NCBI GenBank assembly: GCA_017881445.1
Contig: JADGQX010000003.1
Location: 1 to 61,574 of the forward strand
Direction of reading: 5' to 3'
Origin: Gemmatimonadota bacterium
GTDB taxonomy: Bacteria > Gemmatimonadota > Gemmatimonadetes > Longimicrobiales > RSA9
Length of the DNA: 61,574 nt
Part shown: in pieces, positions 57,177-61,574 of the stretch
Layout of the letters: every line of letters starts with the position of its first letter
Numbering within the stretch: position 1 is the stretch's first letter
The notes under the pieces: model-generated
Told to the model about the DNA's origin: nothing
Databases searched by the model: none
What the model saw: only the letters and a program-made list of their open reading frames with translations
Program-made: the position numbers and the translations under genes

Positions 57177-59465
57177 CTAGGACGCCACGGCTCTGCCGAG
57201 CAACGTACGAACGCGACGCGCAAGTACTAGTGGTGTAAAGGGTTTGGTCAGGATCGCGGCTTCCGGACCGGCGAGCGGCCGGGAGGACGCGGGCTCGGAT
57301 GTATCGGTGATGTAGAGGACCCTGGCGGCGTTGCAGGCGCCGGCCAGCGCCTCGACCAGGGCGAGGCCACCGGGCCCCTTCATGTTGGAGTCGGCCACGA
57401 GCAGGTCGATGGGCCGGGGTGCCCCACGGGCGGCGCGGAAGGCGGTGGCGGCGCTGTCGGCCTCGAGCAGGGCGTAGCCGCGTCGCTCCAGCGTACGGCG
57501 CACGAGGGCGCGGAGCAGCCTGTCCCGCATGGCCACGAGCACGAGGGCGGGTTCCGGCGGAGCCAGGGCGGCGGTCTCCGCGGCGTCCTCGTCGATGCGG
57601 GGCAGCGCGATCTCGAAGGTCGTGCCTATCCCGACCTCCGTCTGCACCTCGATGTTGCCATCGCTCTGCTTGACGATCCCGTAGGCCGTGGAGAGGCCCA
57701 GGCCGCTCCCCTGGCCGGAGGGCTTGGTCGTGAAGAAGGGCTCGAAGATCCGCCCGCGGGTCTCCACGTCCATTCCGGTTCCCGTGTCGCTCACCGACAG
57801 TACCACGGCCGCGCTGCCGTCCGCGGCGACCCGGTTGCGCGTGGCAATGATCAGGCGGCCACCGTCGGGCATGGCGTCGCGGGCGTTCACGACCAGGTTC
57901 ATCAGCACCTGCTCGATATGAGCGGCGTCGGCGCGGACAGTGCCCAGCTCGGGGTCGAGACGAACCTCGAGGCCGATGTCGTCGCCGACGATGCGGCGCA
58001 GCATCTTCTCGGTCTCGGCCACCACGGCGTTCAGGTCGATGGGCCGCAGCTTCAGCGGCTGTCGCCGGGCCAGTGTCAGCAACTGGCGGGTGAGCGCCGC
58101 GCCTCTCTCGGCGGCGCGGCGGATCTCCTCGGCGTCGGCGGCGCGGGGATCGTCGCCCAGCTCGTCCACCAGGAGCTGGCCGTAGCCGCGGACCGCCGTG
58201 AGCACGTTGTTGAAGTCGTGCGCGACGCCCGCGGCCAATCGGCCGATCGCCTCCATGCGCTGGGAGTGCCGGAGCTGCTCCTCCATCTGGCGCAAGGCTT
58301 CCTGCGCCTCGCGCCGGTCACTCACGTCGCGCACGGTCGCCGCGAAGCCGATCAGGCCATCCTCGGCCCCGAACTGCGGCGCCACGGTCACCACGGCCCA
58401 GAAGGCGGTGCCATCGGCGCGGCGACGCCATTCCTCCGCCTCGAACCGACCCAGGTCGAGCGTCGCCCGCAACTCGGTCTCCGGCCGACCCGCGACCACG
58501 TCCTCCTCGCGGAAGAGCAACGCGGAATCCTGGCCGACGGCCTGGGCCGCGGTGTAGCCGAACAGGTGCTCGGCGCCCGCGTTCCAGCTGATGATCCGAC
58601 CCGCCGCATCCAGCGCCACCACGGCATGGTCCCGCAGCGTCTCGGTCAACAGCCTGAAGCGCTCCTGGCTGCGCTCGAGCTCCCCTTCCATCACGCGGCG
58701 GGGCGAGGCGTCCCGCAGGACCAGCAACAGCGCCGGGCGACGGCGGAACAGCAGCGGCGTCGCCACCACGTCGGCGTCGAGGACCTCGCCGTCCAGGCGG
58801 CGCAGCCGCATCTCCAGGACGGTGCCGGTGTTCCGGGTCGCGCGCCGCGCCGCCAGCTGCCGGATCTCGTCGTTGTCGATCAGGGTGAGGGCACTCAGCT
58901 CCATGCCCACGAGGGTGCGGCGCGGCGCGCCCAGCAGCCGGCCGCACGCCGGGTTGGCATAAGCCACCACGCCCTCCCGCAGGATGAGCATGGGCTCGGG
59001 GGACAGCTCCGCCAGTCGCCGCTCGTTGCGGCGCGCCCGGGCCAGGCGGCGGCGCAGCGTGCCGCGCTCGGTGATGTCCTCCAGTGTCAGCAGCACGCGG
59101 GGCGCCGCGCCGGGCGACTGGAGCGCCGCCGCGGACATGCGCACCACCACCCGCTCCCCGCGGCGGTTGACCCCGTCCAGCTCCAGCAGGAGCGGTGACT
59201 GGCCGTGTAACGCGCCATTGACCAGCAGCCTGAGCTCGGAGGAGGCGGCGTCGCCGGCCAGGGGCAGCCGCCCACCCACGACCTCGGCCGCGCTCCAGCC
59301 GTAGGTGCGCTCGGCGGCCCGGTTCCACGCCTGCGTGGTCCGGTCCGCGTCCAGCACCGCCGCGGGGACGGGCAGCGCCTCCAGGAAGTCGGCTAGCGAC
59401 TCGCCGGTCGGGGGCGCCTCGTGGGTGTGCGGCCGCCTGGCCGCGCGCGTGATCACTCGGTTCAT
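57177..59465 (-). CDS. hybrid sensor histidine kinase (three PAS-like modules, HisKA, HATPase_c, C-terminal receiver)
   Basis: H-box AHDFNNVLTAVRGY, with DTGTGM and GSGLGLS G-boxes. The receiver carries the conserved Asp context DLLVADSNM. PAS-type segments repeat (W-x-A-A/G-E-x-x-Y/FG). Confidence 0.85.
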   Translation of the reverse strand: MNRVITRAARRPHTHEAPPTGESLADFLEALPVPAAVLDADRTTQAWNRAAERTYGWSAAEVVGGRLPLAGDAASSELRLLVNGALHGQSPLLLELDGVNRRGERVVVRMSAAALQSPGAAPRVLLTLEDITERGTLRRRLARARRNERRLAELSPEPMLILREGVVAYANPACGRLLGAPRRTLVGMELSALTLIDNDEIRQLAARRATRNTGTVLEMRLRRLDGEVLDADVVATPLLFRRRPALLLVLRDASPRRVMEGELERSQERFRLLTETLRDHAVVALDAAGRIISWNAGAEHLFGYTAAQAVGQDSALLFREEDVVAGRPETELRATLDLGRFEAEEWRRRADGTAFWAVVTVAPQFGAEDGLIGFAATVRDVSDRREAQEALRQMEEQLRHSQRMEAIGRLAAGVAHDFNNVLTAVRGYGQLLVDELGDDPRAADAEEIRRAAERGAALTRQLLTLARRQPLKLRPIDLNAVVAETEKMLRRIVGDDIGLEVRLDPELGTVRADAAHIEQVLMNLVVNARDAMPDGGRLIIATRNRVAADGSAAVVLSVSDTGTGMDVETRGRIFEPFFTTKPSGQGSGLGLSTAYGIVKQSDGNIEVQTEVGIGTTFEIALPRIDEDAAETAALAPPEPALVLVAMRDRLLRALVRRTLERRGYALLEADSAATAFRAARGAPRPIDLLVADSNMKGPGGLALVEALAGACNAARVLYITDTSEPASSRPLAGPEAAILTKPFTPLVLARRVRTLLGRAVAS

Positions 59466-59487
59466 GGCTTCGCTCAGCTCGGGATCG

Positions 59488-59508
59488 GGACGCCCGCGAA
59501 GGGCGTCC
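59488..59508 (-). other. perfect 8-bp stem / 5-nt loop hairpin 13 nt after the precursor stop
   Basis: The coding-strand RNA is GGACGCCC-UUCGC-GGGCGUCC. No U-tract follows, so it could be an attenuator or processing element rather than a classical terminator. Confidence 0.4.
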
Positions 59509-59520
59509 GCCGATCATCCC

Positions 59521-59682
59521 TCAGCGCGCGTACTCCGGCGGAGGCGCCGGATCGCCGTCGTCGGGCGGCCGTGTTCCGTAGACTTCCCAGAGCGTCCCCC
59601 CGGCACCCCGCGTCTCCTTCTCCACTTTGCCATACTCCGCCAGGGTCGGGGGTGTGTACGTCTTCTTCTGCTCGTCCTTCAT
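59521..59682 (-). CDS. lasso peptide precursor (53 aa; not in the ORF track)
   Basis: The product is MKDEQKKTYTPPTLAEYGKVEKETRGAGGTLWEVYGTRPPDDGDPAPPPEYAR, with a GAGGAG Shine-Dalgarno sequence 6 nt upstream. Residues 9-25 fit the YxxPxLx3Gx5Tx leader motif, with Thr at -2. The core starts with Gly and has Glu at position 8. Confidence 0.75.
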   Translation of the reverse strand: MKDEQKKTYTPPTLAEYGKVEKETRGAGGTLWEVYGTRPPDDGDPAPPPEYAR

Positions 59683-59727
59683 CGATTACTCCTCGCGAAT
59701 CCAGTTGGCAGCTCGGCAGCATGCGAC

Positions 59728-61542
59728 TCACGCTGCCGTACGGGCACTCTCCGGCGGCGCCCACTTTCCGGAGCGGACCGCCAGCCAGGTTTCCAGCGAA
59801 AGCGCGTGCATCAGCGCCACCAGGTTCGTCGCATGGCCGTTGCGAGCGCCCTCGACGGCCGCGCGCAAGCGGACCGGCTCGACGCAGCCGAGCTCGGCCA
59901 GTAACGGCTGCCACAGCATGGCGTCCAGCCGGCCGCGCTCGCGCTGCAGCGACCAGAGGATGCGCGCGTCCATGCCACCCTTGCCCGTGCGGGTGCGGAT
60001 CGGCTCGGGCAGCACATCGCGCATAGCCTCACGCAGCACCCACTTACGCCCCTCCGGCCGCACCCGCATCGCCACCGGCAGCCGCAGCGAGAACTCCACC
60101 AGCGGGCGGTAGAGGAAGGGGTAGCGCATTTCCAGCTCGTCGTTGAACGGCTCGCGGTCGATCCAGACCGGCAGGCGCTCGACCTCGGCCGCCACCTGCG
60201 TCTGGAAGAGCTGCCCGGGATGCGGGCCCGAGGCCCGGCCCGCGCCGGGGGCGAACTCGGGCGGTATCCACGACGGGAGACGGGGGACCGCGCCCGCCTG
60301 CCGCAGGCGCAGGGGCAGCAGCGGCTCGACGACCGTGTGCCGGGCCGTCGTCCAGAAGGACTGGCGCCGAGCGACCGCCCAGCGGGCCGCCTCGCCCAGG
60401 GCGGCGCCAATGCGGCCGTGGGCGGCCAGGTCGGCGATGTAGCCCAGGTTGCCGTACAGCAGGTGGTCGGAGCCCAGCCCGCTCAGCAGCACGTGGCCGC
60501 CGGCGCTCTTCACCACGCCGGCCAGCCGGCGGTCCCGCTCGAAGAACGGATAGATGGGGCGCGGCTCGTCCGTGAGGGGTGCGCCCGCGCCGTCGTCGCG
60601 CCAGGCCCAGAAATCGTGGATGCACTCGTTGCGCACGCCGTAGCGCGACACGATCTCGCTGGAGAACGGCCGCTCGTCGCCGTCGCCCAGGGAATCGACG
60701 ATGGTCACGGTGCCGCCCAGCCCGCCCGCCAGCTCGCCCGCGGCGTGCATCGCCTGCACGCTGGCCACCACGGAGGAAGAGTCGAGGCCGCCCGAGAGCT
60801 GCGCCCAGGTACCCGCGTCGCCGGCACGCTGCCGCAGCCCCTCACGGAACAGGCGGCGGAACTCGCCGGCCAGCGCCGCTTCGTCACCGGCGGGCTCCGG
60901 CGTGAATGCGCCGGCGCTCCAGAAACGCCGCACGCTGGCCACAGTTCCGCGCTGGAGCAGCACGGAGCCCGCGCGCAACGACCGTACGTCTTCCCAGATC
61001 GTGCGGTCGCCGGGCGTGCCGCCCGCGACCAGGAAATCGGCGATGTAGTCGAGGTCGAAGCGACCGTCCTCCTCCAGCGCCGAGAGGCGCGAGGAGAGCA
61101 GCAGCAGGTCGCCCCGGCGGGCGAGGAACAGCGGCCGCACGCCGAAGGGATCGCGGGCGGCCACCAGCTTCTGGCCGCGGGCGTCGTAGGCGGCAAAGGC
61201 GAAATCGCCGGCTAACGCGTCCACGCTGTCGGCGCCGCGCGCGTCCAGCAGCGCCAACACCAGCTCCAGGTCGCTGCCCGATTCCACGGGCTGTCCCGCG
61301 AGCGCCGCGATGTCGCGCCGGTTGTCGAGCCGCACGTCGCCCACGGCCGCCCAGTGGTGCCAGCGAGCGGTCAGCGGTCGGAGCACGTGACCCTCCGAGC
61401 GCGCCACGGCGGCGAACGGACCGAGCTCCGTCGTCAGCAGCCGCTCCGCGCGGCCACCGGCAATCCGGGCCAGCGGCCCGAAGATGTCACTGCGGCGCAG
61501 GGGCTCGCCCGTCAGGCGCAGCGCGCAGAGATAGCCGTTCAT
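59728..61542 (-). CDS. asparagine-synthetase-like lasso peptide cyclase (McjC-type)
   Basis: The AsnB fold lacks the N-terminal Cys2 nucleophile (MNGYLC...). The PP-loop LSGGLDSS is intact. The length is 604 aa and the gene sits directly upstream of the precursor ORF. Confidence 0.8.
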   Translation of the reverse strand: MNGYLCALRLTGEPLRRSDIFGPLARIAGGRAERLLTTELGPFAAVARSEGHVLRPLTARWHHWAAVGDVRLDNRRDIAALAGQPVESGSDLELVLALLDARGADSVDALAGDFAFAAYDARGQKLVAARDPFGVRPLFLARRGDLLLLSSRLSALEEDGRFDLDYIADFLVAGGTPGDRTIWEDVRSLRAGSVLLQRGTVASVRRFWSAGAFTPEPAGDEAALAGEFRRLFREGLRQRAGDAGTWAQLSGGLDSSSVVASVQAMHAAGELAGGLGGTVTIVDSLGDGDERPFSSEIVSRYGVRNECIHDFWAWRDDGAGAPLTDEPRPIYPFFERDRRLAGVVKSAGGHVLLSGLGSDHLLYGNLGYIADLAAHGRIGAALGEAARWAVARRQSFWTTARHTVVEPLLPLRLRQAGAVPRLPSWIPPEFAPGAGRASGPHPGQLFQTQVAAEVERLPVWIDREPFNDELEMRYPFLYRPLVEFSLRLPVAMRVRPEGRKWVLREAMRDVLPEPIRTRTGKGGMDARILWSLQRERGRLDAMLWQPLLAELGCVEPVRLRAAVEGARNGHATNLVALMHALSLETWLAVRSGKWAPPESARTAA

Positions 61543-61574
61543 CGCGCCAGCTCGGGCAGGACGACAAAGGAGCG
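61539..61574 (-). CDS. 3' end of an upstream gene, translationally coupled to the cyclase (rest outside the window)
   Basis: The reverse translation ...RSFVVLPELAR ends in a TGA that overlaps the cyclase ATG (ATGA). The identity cannot be determined from 11 codons. Confidence 0.3.
   Translation of the reverse strand, partial: RSFVVLPELAR

Overview
A 61.6-kb, very GC-rich (about 70% by eye) bacterial chromosomal window. The gene content suggests a soil Gemmatimonadota- or Acidobacteriota-like organism, but that is inference only. I saw no rRNA, tRNA or CRISPR array. Many of the long ORFs in the track are antisense or out-of-frame artefacts of the high GC content.

Supported content, left to right:
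- A partial GH115-like gene.
- A GAF/AAA+ sigma-54 activator, divergent from a sulfate-uptake operon (cysA, OprO/P-type porin, sbp, cysT, cysW). The operon carries a sigma-54-type -24/-12 element and three 16-bp palindromes.
- A BNR/sortilin-like protein, a VOC protein, and DUF4153, DUF2914, DUF72 and DUF885 proteins, plus an esterase.
- An Alternative Complex III-like operon (actA-B1-B2-C-D-E).
- A universal stress protein and an OmpR-type two-component pair.
- GT4 glycogen-synthase-like and GH10 genes, and a GldA/F/G-like ABC system with a DUF4340 protein.
- A mosaic accessory region (38-55 kb) with GH3, a POT transporter, GH51, DUF1593, Fic, larA and many gene relics.
- queG, an MqnA/D-family gene and a triple-PAS hybrid kinase.
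- At the right edge, an asparagine-synthetase-like lasso cyclase.

The two most interesting observations:
1. An unlisted 53-aa ORF (59521-59682, minus strand) fits the lasso-peptide leader motif exactly. It sits directly after the cyclase gene.
2. Intact queG is followed by three further same-strand copies of its 3' end (43.4, 48.5 and 50.6 kb). These partition roughly 11 kb of cargo and decayed genes, which looks like serial accretion of islands at the queG 3' end.

All similarity statements come from reading the translations and aligning by eye. No searches or computations were run.
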